Notes under the pieces: generated by a model
What the model was told of the DNA's origin: nothing
The model's input: the letters and a program-made list of their open reading frames with translations, nothing else
Database searches by the model: none
Shown here: piece after piece, positions 48,762-59,243 of the stretch
How positions within the stretch are numbered: position 1 is the stretch's first letter
Layout: each line of letters begins with the position of its first letter
Made by a program: the position numbers and the translations under genes
Origin: an uncultured delta proteobacterium
GTDB taxonomy: Bacteria; Myxococcota; B64-G9
Length of the DNA stretch: 64,000 nucleotides
Reading direction: 5' to 3'
NCBI GenBank assembly: GCA_963754925.1
Contig: CAVWHX010000004.1
Coordinates: 192,001 to 256,000 of the forward strand

Positions 48762-49439
48762 TTGTCCGGAGAGGTCGCGCCCGTGTCTTACGATAAACTG
48801 AGATTAGGCGTTTTCGTATCGGGAGGCGGCACCAACCTGCAAGCGATCCTCGATGCCTGCGCAGAACCCGGTTACCCGGCAACGGTGGTTGTGGTTATCA
48901 GCAATGTCGCCGACGCTTACGCGCTGACACGCGCGCAGCGTGCCGCTGTCCCGAGCGTGGTGGTGCCGCACGGCGCCTACCGCCTGCGCCGCGATCACGA
49001 ATCAGAGATCATCCGCCAGATTGAACCCTATCGGGTCGAGCTTGTGGTGTTGGCCGGCTATATGCGGGTGCTGACGCCTCTTCTGATAAGCCGCTTCTAC
49101 AATCACGCGGCCGGCTTGCCGGGGGTGATCAACATTCATCCGGCGGACACGCGCCTCTATCAAGGAGCCCATGGCTACGAATTCGCTCTGGGCTTGCTGC
49201 CCGAGTATCCGCAGCGGTCGTCAAAAACAGCTATCACGGTTCACTTTGTCGACGAGGGGGTGGACACGGGGCCTATCATTCGCCAAGCGTCGCTTTACGT
49301 GAGGCCCGACGACACCCTGGAGAGTTTGCGGGCCCGGGGGCTCGCCGTGGAACATCAACTGTATCCCGAGGCGATCCGGCTCTATGCCGAAGGGCGGATC
49401 GAATGCATCGGAAGGGAGGTCAGGATCCGTGACGGTTAA
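48762..49439 (+). CDS. purN: Phosphoribosylglycinamide formyltransferase
   Basis: VSGGGTNLQA, LAGYMRVL, INIHP, TVHFVDEGVDTGPII. Confidence 0.93.
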   Translation: MSGEVAPVSYDKLRLGVFVSGGGTNLQAILDACAEPGYPATVVVVISNVADAYALTRAQRAAVPSVVVPHGAYRLRRDHESEIIRQIEPYRVELVVLAGYMRVLTPLLISRFYNHAAGLPGVINIHPADTRLYQGAHGYEFALGLLPEYPQRSSKTAITVHFVDEGVDTGPIIRQASLYVRPDDTLESLRARGLAVEHQLYPEAIRLYAEGRIECIGREVRIRDG

Positions 49440-50128
49440 TATTGTCAGCGAAATCGATACGTGGGGTGCGGGTTGAAAACGCCCTCATCAGCGTAACCGA
49501 CAAGCGGCAGCTCGATATTTTAGCGAAGGGTTGGGTATCGCTCGAACGCTACCATACGGATTTTCTCAACGGGGGCGGAACCTACGCCGACCTCAAGGAA
49601 ATTCTCGGCGCCGAGGCGGCGCGGCGCCACCTGGTGCAGGTGTCGGACTACACCGGCCAGCCCGAGACCCAGGGAGGGCTCGTCAAAACATTGGACTTTA
49701 AGATCTATCTCGGACTTTTGACCGAGACCTACAATCCATCGCACCAGCAGGACCTCAAGCGCACCAACGCTGTGCCGATCGACCTCGTGGCGTCAACCTC
49801 TACCCGATTTGAGCAAACGATTGCCAAGCCCGGGGTAACCGTCGAAGAGGCGCGCGCCAATATCGACATCGGCGGACCATGTACTGTTGCGCGCCGCGGC
49901 CAAAAATTACTTGCGGGTGGCAGCGGTGGTGGATCCGAACGACTACGCTGTGTCATCAGAAAAATGCGCATCAACGGCGGGCGGCTCGACGTCGCAACAC
50001 GCTTCGAATTGGCGCGCAAGGCGTTTGCCCATACAGGAAACTACGATCGGGCCATCACCCGTTACTTGTCCGACGTGACGACGGAATCGGTTGAACGCTG
50101 CTACCAGCTGAAGGAGAGCTCGGCATGA
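49429..50128 (+). CDS. Stand-alone IMP cyclohydrolase (PurH N-terminal MGS-like domain), several frameshifts
   Basis: ALISVTDK, VSDYTGQPE..GGLVKTL, NIDIGGP; RAAAKNY in the alternate frame; AFAHT..YD. Confidence 0.75.
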
Positions 50129-51374
50129 CCACGGACCTCAAGAAGGCGTATCACACCATCATCGATGATCATTCCCGACGATCTCGAAATAGCCTTTGGA
50201 CGCGGCGACACGCGTCAGACGCTTCGCTATCGAAAAGTTACCTGGGACGTCGATGGTGAGCTCCGTGGATTGCGCTACGGCGAGAATCCGGGCCAAGAAG
50301 CTGCGCTGTACCAATTGACCAACGGCAACCTCACGATTGGCGATGTCCGCTGCATCGGACCCAACCAGGGATTGGTGACCGAGGCGGTGCTGCATCAGTT
50401 TGGCAAACACCCCGGCAAGATCAACCTGACCGACGCCGACAACGCCCTCAACATTCTACGCTACCTTTGCGAAAAGCCGGCCTGCGCAATCATGAAGCAC
50501 AATAACCCTTCGGGCGTCGCGCTGGGCGCAAGCTTGGCCGAGGCCTACGTCAAGGCCGACCTCGCGGATCGGGTGGCCGCGTTCGGCGGCTGCATTGCGC
50601 TCAACCGCCCGGTGGATCGACTCACGGCCGAGGAGATCGCCCGGCGGTACGCGGAAGTGGTGGTGGCGCCGGGTTTCGAGGAGGGCGCCGTTTCCATACT
50701 CGCTCAACGCAAAAATCTGCGCATCATGGAGATTCGCCGCATGAATCGGCTCCAGCAGTACGAGCGGGCTCGTTTCCATCGATTTCAAGAGCTTGCTTGA
50801 CGGCGGCATTATCGCCCAACTGTCGTTCGTGCCCGAGGCGCGCATACCCGCCGACCTCCGTCCAGCCGAATGCGAGCACAAAGGCAAGCATTATCAAGTA
50901 GCTCGGGCGCCGACCGAGGCCGAACGCGCCGATATGATTTTCGGTTGGGTGGTCGAGGCCGGAGTGAGCTCAAATTCAGTCCTTTATGTCAAAGACGGGG
51001 TAACGGTCGGCATCGGGACCGGCGAACAGGACCGCGTCGGGGTGGCCGAGATTGCTCGCGACAAGGCCTACCGCAAGCTGGCCGACAGACTGTGTTTCGA
51101 GCGCCTGGGCAAGGCCTACAACGACGTCGCGGACGAGAACAAACGCAGAGAAATCGACGACGACGTACGTTCGCAGAAGGGCGGCTTGGTAGGTTCGGTG
51201 ATGGTATCAGACGGGTTCTTCCCCTTTCGCGACGGTATCGAGGTTGGGCTTCGCGAAGGGGTGCGCGCCGTTATCCAACCCGGTGGCTCGCTCAACGACT
51301 ACCAGGTGATCGAGGCTTGTAATGAGGCTTCCGCCACCATGGTATTTACCGGTCAGCGATCGTTCAAACACTAA
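50125..51374 (+). CDS. purH: AICAR formyltransferase (PurH C-terminal domain), frameshifts near 50173 and 50775
   Basis: LRYGENPGQ, MKHNNPSG, SDGFFPFRDG, IQPGGS, FTGQRSFKH. Confidence 0.8.
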
Positions 51375-51655
51375 TATGGCGATAGGCACTGTCGTTTTTT
51401 TCCCTATTTTTTTCTTGACAACCAAGGGCTATTCACGATAAACGGCGCTCATCATCCAAGGCTGATTGATGCCTGAGTTTCACCCCTCGATAATTCGACT
51501 AATATGGTTATGATTCTTCACCTAACCTAACGATTTGATAACACTGATACCAACGATGACATTTTCAGAGAAAGAGTTATTACCCAGCTAACCCCCCTAA
51601 CTCTGCAAACCGCAACGCGGTCATGCACATCGAACCCATCTCCCGAGGAGGAAGA

Positions 51656-52904
51656 ATGAATCTTAACGACCTCAAGAACATGAAGATCAGTGAGCTCAAC
51701 AAGCTCGCCAAGGAACTCAACGTTCAGGGCGGCGGCGGACTGCGCAAATCAGAGCTGATCTTCGCTGTGCTTCAAGCCCAAGCCGAGAAGGACGGCAACA
51801 TTTACGGTGAGGGAGTCCTTGAGATCCTGCCGGACGGCTTTGGTTTCCTGCGTTCACCGGACTATAATTACCTTCCGGGACCGGATGACATCTATGTGTC
51901 GCCCTCGCAGATCCGCCGTTTTAATCTCGCGCACCGGCGACACCATCGCGGGCCAGGTGCGGCCACCCAAAGACGGCGAGCGTTACTTCGCCTTGCTCAA
52001 GGTGGAAATGGTTAATTTCGAGGATCCCGAGCAAGCGCGCGAGAAGATCCTCTTTGATAACTTGACCCCGCTCTATCCCAACGAGAAGTTCAATCTCGAA
52101 TACGATGCCAAGAACATGAGCACCCGCATCATCGACTTATTGGTGCCGATCGGCAAAGGCCAGCGCTGTCTCATCGTGAGCCCTCCACGGGCAGGTAAAA
52201 CGGTCTTGCTGCAGGACATCGCCCACGCGCTCGCCAATAACAACAAAGAGGTTGATTTGATAGTGCTCTTGATCGACGAGCGCCCCGAGGAAGTCACCGA
52301 CATGGAGCGTTCGGTCAAGGGCGAGGTAATCAGCAGCACCTTCGACGAACCGGCCCAGCGCCATGTCCAGGTTGCCGAGATGGTGATCGAAAAGGCCAAG
52401 CGCATGGTCGAGCACGGCCGGGATGTGGTGATCTTGCTCGACTCGATTACCCGTCTCGCGCGCGCTTATAATGCGGTGGTCCCGCCCTCGGGAAAGATTC
52501 TTTCCGGCGGCGTGGATAGTAATGCTTTGCACAAGCCCAAGCGCTTTTTCGGGGCCGCCCGCAACATAGAAGGCGGCGGGTCTTTGACCATCATCGGCAC
52601 CGCCCTCGTCGACACCGGCTCGCGCATGGATGAAGTAATCTTCGAGGAGTTCAAGGGCACTGGCAACTCGGAAATGCGTCTGGATCGCAAACTGATGGAA
52701 AAGCGTATTTTTCCCTGCTTGGATATCAACGCCAGCGCGACGCGCAAGGAAGAGCTGCTCATGGACAACACTACGTTGAATCGGGTATGGATCCTACGCC
52801 AGCTGCTGCATCCTCTCAACGTGGTGGATTCCATGGAGTTCTTGCTCTCGAAGCTCAGCCGCACCGAAAGCAACCAAGAGTTCCTCGATTCGATGAATCA
52901 ATAG
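51656..52904 (+). CDS. rho: Transcription termination factor Rho, frameshift near 51928
   Basis: [43 protein letters not shown]. Confidence 0.95.
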
Positions 52905-52923
52905 CATGCCCATCAGCAAACCC

Positions 52924-52951
52924 TTGACATCCCGTTAATTAATCGTATGAT
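52924..52951 (+). promoter_or_regulatory. sigma70-type promoter of rpmE
   Basis: TTGACA-N16-TATGAT. Confidence 0.6.
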
Positions 52952-53004
52952 TATTGGCCTTTTGTTGAGGGAACGGTATCCCTGGTAGGGCAAGGAAGGA
53001 TCCC

Positions 53005-53268
53005 ATGAAGGAAGGTATTCACCCCAAATATATTGATGCGACCGTTGAGTGCGCTTGCGGTAATGTAATCAAAACCAAGTCGACGCGCGGTAGTTTCAAA
53101 ATCGATATCTGTTCGGCCTGCCACCCGTTTTTCACGGGAAAACAGAAACTGGTCGATAGCGCCGGACGAGTTGAACGTTTCCGTAAGAAGTACGGTTTGG
53201 CCGAGGAAGGCGAAGCTTCCAGTAGAACTTCCGCGCCAAACGCTGAGAAGGCAACCGAGAAATCGTAG
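53005..53268 (+). CDS. rpmE: 50S ribosomal protein L31 (Zn-binding type)
   Basis: [29 protein letters not shown]. Confidence 0.97.
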   Translation: MKEGIHPKYIDATVECACGNVIKTKSTRGSFKIDICSACHPFFTGKQKLVDSAGRVERFRKKYGLAEEGEASSRTSAPNAEKATEKS

Positions 53269-53325
53269 GTAGTTCATTCGAAGGCAACCAAGTTCGGGGT
53301 TTGCTTTCGTGCGTGATAAGGAAGC

Positions 53326-53355
53326 AGCCCGCCAGATATCGCCTGGCGGGCTTTT
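53326..53355 (+). terminator. Intrinsic terminator after rpmE
   Basis: GCCCGCCAG/CTGGCGGGC stem followed by TTTT. Confidence 0.65.
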
Positions 53356-53395
53356 CTGCAACCGGAAGACGTTCGTTCGCGAAGCGGGTGCGCGT

Positions 53396-54466
53396 TTGAA
53401 ACAAAAAATCAAAGTGGGCGGCCAGGCTGTCATGGAGGGCGTTATGATGCGCTCTCCCAGCAGCTTTGCGGTGGCGGTCCGCAAGCACAGCGGCGAGATA
53501 CTCCTGCGGGAATCGCCGTGGCAACCCATAGGGAAACGGTTCGCCTTTTTACGCTGGCCGTTTTTCCGTGGGTCAGTGGTGCTCGTCGAATCACTGGTAA
53601 ACGGTATCTCAGCCCTGAATTTTTCTGCCAAGGTTGCATTGGAGGACACGGTTGACACCGCATCAAATCAGTCTCCAAATAATCCCCCGCCGGATGAGCA
53701 AGCGGATTGGGCTGTATGGGGCACGGTGGCAATTGCCATGGCTTTTGGGGTCGGATTGTTTGTCGCCCTGCCGCACCTGGTCGTGTGGGCGGGGAGTCAG
53801 ATGGCCGGACAAGAGCTCACGGTGCGAGACCTTGGCTTTCACATCATTGTTGGACTGGTCAAGTTGGGGGTGTTCTTAGGGTATCTCGGTTTAATTTCTC
53901 TCATGAAAGATGTTCGGCGGCTGTTTATGTACCATGGGGCCGAACACCAGTCTATCTACACCTACGAAGCGGGGGAGCCGCTCACTGTTGAGTATGCGCG
54001 CACGCATAGTCCCTTACATCCACGCTGCGGCACAACGTTTCTCTTGCTGGTGATCGCCTTGTCTATCGTGATGTTTTCTATGGTGTTCCCTCCCCTTCTG
54101 TGGTTGCTCGGCGAACCGACATCGATTGGCTGGCTCAACCAGTTGATTTACATCATGATTAAAATACCCTTGTTGTTGCCATTGGCCGGACTAGCCTATG
54201 AGTTTCAGCGAGTTATCAGCAACCACATGGATCGGGCGTGGGTGCGGATGCTGTCGTGGCCAGGAATGCTGGTGCAGCGCCTTACCACCCGTCCCCCCAC
54301 CGATGATCAACTCGAGGTGGCTCTCACATCGCTTCGTAAAACGCTGTGGCGCGAGAGCGTCGGCGCGAATGCAACCGCTCCCGTGCTCAGCCAAGCCGCA
54401 CGCGGCCACACAATAACATTCCCCAACTTCGAGGCGGTGGTGAACGAACTCGGTGAGGGGTATTAA
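53396..54466 (+). CDS. DUF1385 membrane protein
   Basis: VGGQAVMEGVMMR, YHGAEH, HPRCGTTF; typical position between rpmE and prfA. Confidence 0.9.
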   Translation: MKQKIKVGGQAVMEGVMMRSPSSFAVAVRKHSGEILLRESPWQPIGKRFAFLRWPFFRGSVVLVESLVNGISALNFSAKVALEDTVDTASNQSPNNPPPDEQADWAVWGTVAIAMAFGVGLFVALPHLVVWAGSQMAGQELTVRDLGFHIIVGLVKLGVFLGYLGLISLMKDVRRLFMYHGAEHQSIYTYEAGEPLTVEYARTHSPLHPRCGTTFLLLVIALSIVMFSMVFPPLLWLLGEPTSIGWLNQLIYIMIKIPLLLPLAGLAYEFQRVISNHMDRAWVRMLSWPGMLVQRLTTRPPTDDQLEVALTSLRKTLWRESVGANATAPVLSQAARGHTITFPNFEAVVNELGEGY

Positions 54467-54504
54467 AACCTATCAGAATTTTTCAGTGCTTGCCGGAGGT
54501 GCTG

Positions 54505-55572
54505 GTGTTTTCTAAGCTCGACCAGGTCGTCCAACGCTTTAAGGAACTTTCAGCGCAACTTGAAGACCCAAACGTGTACGCTGATCAGGCCCGCGTTCAA
54601 AAGATAGCCAAGGAACGCAAGGGCCTGGAGGAAATCGTCGTTACCTACCAGGAGTATACCAGGCTCGAAAAGGAAATCGCCGATAACGTTGACCTGCAAA
54701 AGGGCTCCGATCGGGAGTTAGCTTCACTGGCGGCCGAAGAACTGCCGGGCTTGCAAGCCAGGCTTGCCGATCTCGAAGGGCGTCTGAAAGCCCAGCTCAT
54801 GCCCAAAGATCCGCTCGACGAGAAAAACATCCTGCTTGAGATCCGCGGCGGCACCGGCGGTGAGGAGGCGGCGCTGTTTGCCGCCGATCTCTTTAGAATG
54901 TACACCCGCTACGCCGAGCGACACGACTGGAAGGTCGAGGTGATGAGCCAGAGCGAGGCGAGCGCCGGCGGCCTCAAGGAGATTATTGTCTTGCTCTCGG
55001 GCGAGCGTGTCTACAGCCACCTCAAGTTCGAGGGCGGCGTGCACCGCGTTCAACGGGTGCCGGCCACCGAGGCGCAAGGACGGATTCACACGTCCACCGT
55101 CACGGTAGCGGTGCTGCCGGAGGCGGACGAGGTGGATGTGGCGCTCGAGGAGAAAGATCTCGACATTTCGGTATGCCGAGCGGGCGGACCGGGTGGCCAG
55201 GGCGTCAACACCACCGATAGCGCGGTGATCATTGTTCACATACCTACCGGCCTCACCGTTCGCTGCCAAGATGAACGCTCGCAGCAAAAAAACAAAGCCA
55301 AAGCCAAAAAGATACTCCTGGCGCGTCTGTTGGAGATCAAACTACGCGAACAGGAAGCCCAGGTGACTGAAAGTCGGCGCCGTATGGTCGGCTCGGGTGA
55401 ACGCGCCGAGAAGATCCGAACCTATAATTTCCCCCAAAACCGCGTTTCCGACCACCGCATCGGACTCACGCTCCACAAGCTCGATCGCATTATGGACGGG
55501 GACCTTGACGAACTCCTCGACGCGCTCAAAACTCACTTCCAGGCCGAGGCGCTCAAGGGGAGCAACTCTTGA
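54505..55572 (+). CDS. prfA: Peptide chain release factor 1
   Basis: GTGGEEAALFA, VQRVPATE (PxT), GGQ, RTYNFPQNR. Confidence 0.96.
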   Translation: MFSKLDQVVQRFKELSAQLEDPNVYADQARVQKIAKERKGLEEIVVTYQEYTRLEKEIADNVDLQKGSDRELASLAAEELPGLQARLADLEGRLKAQLMPKDPLDEKNILLEIRGGTGGEEAALFAADLFRMYTRYAERHDWKVEVMSQSEASAGGLKEIIVLLSGERVYSHLKFEGGVHRVQRVPATEAQGRIHTSTVTVAVLPEADEVDVALEEKDLDISVCRAGGPGGQGVNTTDSAVIIVHIPTGLTVRCQDERSQQKNKAKAKKILLARLLEIKLREQEAQVTESRRRMVGSGERAEKIRTYNFPQNRVSDHRIGLTLHKLDRIMDGDLDELLDALKTHFQAEALKGSNS

Positions 55573-56456
55573 GCCGCGGCGCAACGCGTCAACGCCCCAA
55601 GACCATCCTGCAGTTCCTCAAGCAGACCGAGGAGTACCTCGGCAGGCATTGGTCAAAGACGCCGCGCCTGGATGCCCAGGTACTGCTGGCGCACGCCCTC
55701 AAGATCGAGCGCGTCCAGCTGTATATTGAATATGACCGGCCGCTCTCGGGGCCCGAGGTCAATGTATTCCGCGAGTTGGTCCGGCGCCGAGCACAACATG
55801 AACCGGTCGCGTACCTCGTGGCCCAAAAAGAGTTTTGGTCTCTTCCCTTCCGAGTCGATACGCGAGCCTTGATCCCGCGACCCGATACCGAAACCATCTT
55901 GGTGGAGATCGAGCGCCTGTATGCCAATGCCGACGTGCACTGGTTTGCCGATATCGGTACCGGCAGCGGTTGCCTCGCCTGTGCCCTGCTGCGGATGTTC
56001 CCGCAGAGTCATGGCATTGCTACCGACCAGCATGTTGACGCTCTTGCCCTCGCCGACGAAAACGCCCACGCCCTCGGGGTGCGCGAGCGGATAGAGTTGC
56101 GCTGCGGCGATCTGCTCGCGCCAGTGCTTCCCCGGCGTGTGGATCTCATCTGCGCCAATCTTCCCTACATTCCAACGCAACAACTAAAACATTTGCCGGA
56201 TTCCGTACGACATTTCGAGCCCTGGCAGGCTCTTGACGGCGGGCCGGATGGGCTTACCCTCATCCGCAGGATGGTGAAGATGTCCCCGCAGGGCTTAAAC
56301 CCAGGCGCGTGGCTGGTGCTCGAGGTCGGAGAGGATCAGGCAGCCGAAGTTTGTGATCTTTTGAATCGGGCCGGCTTTGCTGAAGTGCACACCCGCAGAG
56401 ATCTAGCCGGGATCGAACGAGTCGTGGCCGGAAGAGCTAGTCCCCTTCGGGGATAA
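55569..56456 (+). CDS. prmC: Release factor glutamine methyltransferase
   Basis: LIPRPDTE, DIGTGSG, ANLPYI, ALDGGPDGL. Confidence 0.93.
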   Translation: MSRGATRQRPKTILQFLKQTEEYLGRHWSKTPRLDAQVLLAHALKIERVQLYIEYDRPLSGPEVNVFRELVRRRAQHEPVAYLVAQKEFWSLPFRVDTRALIPRPDTETILVEIERLYANADVHWFADIGTGSGCLACALLRMFPQSHGIATDQHVDALALADENAHALGVRERIELRCGDLLAPVLPRRVDLICANLPYIPTQQLKHLPDSVRHFEPWQALDGGPDGLTLIRRMVKMSPQGLNPGAWLVLEVGEDQAAEVCDLLNRAGFAEVHTRRDLAGIERVVAGRASPLRG

Positions 56457-56492
56457 GAGCCCGTAACTCCCTTCGGTCGTAACGGGCTCTAA
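56437..56492 (-). repeat. Modular hairpin repeat copy (56 bp) supplying both convergent stop codons
   Basis: Minus strand TTAG-AGCCCG-TT-ACGACCGAAGGGAG-TTA-CGGGCT-CTTA-TCCCC-GAA-GGGGA-CTAG. Confidence 0.8.
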
Positions 56493-56845
56493 CTTGGACC
56501 GCCAGACTCCATGATGACCTTCTTGATATGGTCGGCGAGTATCTGAGAACCGTCTCCCTCCATCCTGACGATTCGCATCTCCATCCCGCCGACGCCCCGC
56601 TGAATGCCGCGGTCGAGGGCCTCGGCCGCGGTGAGGTTCCGGCGCACCTCGGCGTGGGCCACGATCGTTCGCTTCTCTATCGAGAAACGAACGGTCACTT
56701 GGGTGTATGGGTCAAGGGTCTGTTCAGTCGGCACAAATAGCCCTCCCGGGCTCACGAATATAGTTGTATAACGCTGGGTGTTTCGCGGGGTTTCGATACT
56801 AACCTTGGTCTCGATACGGGTCCATGTTTCGCGGCGAACCGCCAT
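56489..56845 (-). CDS. PilZ-like domain protein (degenerate motifs)
   Basis: RRETWTR, VSPGGLFV, AEVRR, GMEMRI. Confidence 0.7.
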   Translation of the reverse strand: MAVRRETWTRIETKVSIETPRNTQRYTTIFVSPGGLFVPTEQTLDPYTQVTVRFSIEKRTIVAHAEVRRNLTAAEALDRGIQRGVGGMEMRIVRMEGDGSQILADHIKKVIMESGGPS

Positions 56846-56865
56846 ACTCGAACCTCCTTACCGTC

Positions 56866-56968
56866 TTAACTCCAATGCAAGGATAAGACCGTAACTCACT
56901 TTGCTCGCAACGGTCTCTAACCGCAAGGATAAGAGACCGTAACTCGCTTCGCTCGCAACGGTCTCTAA
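56866..56968 (-). repeat. Two tandem modular hairpin repeat copies
   Basis: Minus strand TTAG-AGACCG-TT-GCGAGCrAAGyGAG-TTA-CGGTCT, twice at 48-bp spacing. Confidence 0.8.
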
Positions 56969-57074
56969 CCCTAACGATTAAAAACACTTTGCAGTGTAGT
57001 GCCCGAATTCTTGTCCCGTCAAGGAAGAATTTTTTTTGCGACTAACGGCTAAAATGTTCGGGTCAAAAAAGATG

Positions 57075-57097
57075 TCCTCCCCAGGCGGGAGGATTTT
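57075..57097. terminator. Possible terminator hairpin
   Basis: TCCTCCC/GGGAGGA stem followed by TTTT, with an A-run upstream. Confidence 0.4.
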
Positions 57098-57163
57098 CTG
57101 TAGAGCCTGTGCGTCGGGGCCATGCTTGGGTGTTGGGTTGGCGCAGGGGCCTCGAGGGCACTC

Positions 57164-57598
57164 TCATACTGACTTCGAGATCTCGTGCTCAGCTGCCCGT
57201 TCGTCGGTGCTTGATGCAAGCGCCTCATAAACGACTTCAGTAGCTCTAATGGCGTCGAGTGGATCGATAGCGTATAACACGGCAGCCAACGCTCGCGCTC
57301 GATGGAATGCTCGCAGGCCTTCCGCGGGAAGCTTCTTATTCGCTTCCAGCTCTTCCTGCATCTTCAGGTACCTACTGTCCCATCGCTCTTGCGACTCCCG
57401 CAATCGCTCTCGAGCACTTGCTTGAAGCTGCTCCCGACCATACACCGCAGCGAGAACAGCCTTCGCAAGCGCTGACTCTGCGTCCCATTTCTGAATCGCA
57501 ATGCGAACTGCTGTTCCCACCACTCGTTGCAAACCTTCAGTGGAGGCTCGCAAAATCTTGTCGGCAAGTGCAGGACACCTTGAATGTAGTCTTGTCAT
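57164..57598 (-). CDS. Hypothetical all-helical protein (possible orphan immunity protein)
   Basis: 144-aa ORF with purine-rich RBS region; FHRARALAAV..VVYEA helices. Confidence 0.55.
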   Translation of the reverse strand: MTRLHSRCPALADKILRASTEGLQRVVGTAVRIAIQKWDAESALAKAVLAAVYGREQLQASARERLRESQERWDSRYLKMQEELEANKKLPAEGLRAFHRARALAAVLYAIDPLDAIRATEVVYEALASSTDERAAEHEISKSV

Positions 57599-58049
57599 CT
57601 TTCTCTTACTTTTTAGTGAGGTGATAATGAGAACACCCGCTTCCTCTAACGCTGTCCGATACTGCTGTAATCGCGGCCCCTAGAGTGCCGAATCTTGAGT
57701 AACTGTAGAGGAAGGCGACTACCTGAAAACTACCTCAACAATACCGAGAAGTTATGTGGCAAAATTGAGCGATGAGCAGGAAATTAATTTTGCGTTGTCA
57801 GGGGCAAATTGGGCATACACCGGTGACAAGAACGGCCTTCGCAATCGGAAAACAGAAGCTATCTGTCTTTTTGCAGTAGGAAACTTGGAAGAATTTTTTT
57901 CTTCAAATACCTGGAAACAGCATTGACAATTCTCCAAAAATAATTAAGTACAGTGTTATTGGTCCTCGTTGAGGGCCTGGTCTTGATGACTATGGAATGC
58001 TAGCGTCCAATGGCTATGTTGCTGAAGAGATGGCAAAAGGAAGTTACGT

Positions 58050-58827
58050 ATGGGTCGCGTTCTACCACAACGATTCGTGGGCCGATCGAAAAGCATCGTG
58101 GCCGGTCTATCGGTGCTTCTGATCGCGACCACGCTGCCGAGTGCGTTGCGCGAGCCTGCGGTGGTAGCGTCCCTTCCCTCCGTTGGCCCGGATATTCTTC
58201 TCCTGGGTACTCCCCGTCTGTTGGAACAAACATTCTCTGATTGGCGACTATCGGGAGTGATGGATGAAATGCGTAGGACCGCATTGCATAATCATATCCA
58301 TGCCGTGCTTTCCCAACATCTCGTCGGCAGCTCACCGGATGAGCGGGAGCGTTTAACCACGGTAATCATTAAAGAATTGTCAGAAGGTTGCCGTCGACCC
58401 GTTTTTAGTGTTGGCCCTGATCCAGGTGGAAAGTTCGTTTTTAGTCAAGGCCATTTCGCCCGTTGGTGCTCGCGGTTTGATGCAGATTGCCCCCGAGACC
58501 GCGCACCAACAAGCAGAAAAACTCGGCATGACCTGGTCCGGTCCAGAACAGTTGGACGATCCGGAGATCAACATTCGCTTGGGGGTGACTCATCTCAGCG
58601 ACCTGCTGCGCATATATAGCGGCAACCAAGCGCTTGCCTTCACGGCATATCACTGTGGTCAAGGTTGCGTGGAGATGATGTATCGCCGCTTTGGCCGGCT
58701 TGATATTCACCCAGGCGGTTACTTCGAAATCATCAAACGGCTGTACCATAATTATTTACGTCAGCTAGACATAACCACCTTGGCCCTTTTGCAAACCAAC
58801 AAAACAGATAATTCCAACCGTCGGTGA
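58050..58827 (+). CDS. Lytic transglycosylase (SLT domain), frameshift near 58377
   Basis: DPFLVLALIQVESSF, SPVGARGLMQI, NIRLG, AYHCG. Confidence 0.85.
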
Positions 58828-59243
58828 TGGGGGAATCCTTTTCAGTGATGAACCCGGTGGTATCCCAGGAGCACGGCATGGTCAGACACGTTCCCTTATG
58901 GCTCGCAGGCCTAGTGTTGTTCTCGAGCCTGGTGTTGCCGGCCTGTTCTTCGGCCACACGCGCTGTCATGAAAGAAGACGATATGGCTAAAGTCTTTCCC
59001 TGGCCCCGTGACGCCGAGAAAGTAAAAGTTCGGGTTATGCCCAAAACCACCTCGGCTACTATCTATAGCGGGTTGGGCTCTTGGGAAGAAGTTGAACTTG
59101 GCCCGGATACCACGTTTTTTATCACCGACTCTTTAGGAAAAGAGTTCGCATACACCCCGAGCCGCTCTCCCCTGCGACGATTGGCGCCGGTTCAGTCCAT
59201 CGAAATCCGTTGGCCCATTAAAAAGAAGGTGGAGGGACCGTGA
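58824..59243 (+). CDS. Hypothetical lipoprotein
   Basis: Hydrophobic stretch and LPAC lipobox; start may be 58878. Confidence 0.6.
   Translation: MMGESFSVMNPVVSQEHGMVRHVPLWLAGLVLFSSLVLPACSSATRAVMKEDDMAKVFPWPRDAEKVKVRVMPKTTSATIYSGLGSWEEVELGPDTTFFITDSLGKEFAYTPSRSPLRRLAPVQSIEIRWPIKKKVEGP

Noticed and set aside
46370..51940. Programmed ribosomal frameshifting in fusA, purH or rho
   Set aside because: No slippery heptamer or stimulatory signal at the sites, and none is known for these genes
56866..56968. CRISPR array from the two near-identical tandem repeats
   Set aside because: Only two units, no unique spacer of CRISPR size and no cas genes; they belong to the dispersed hairpin family
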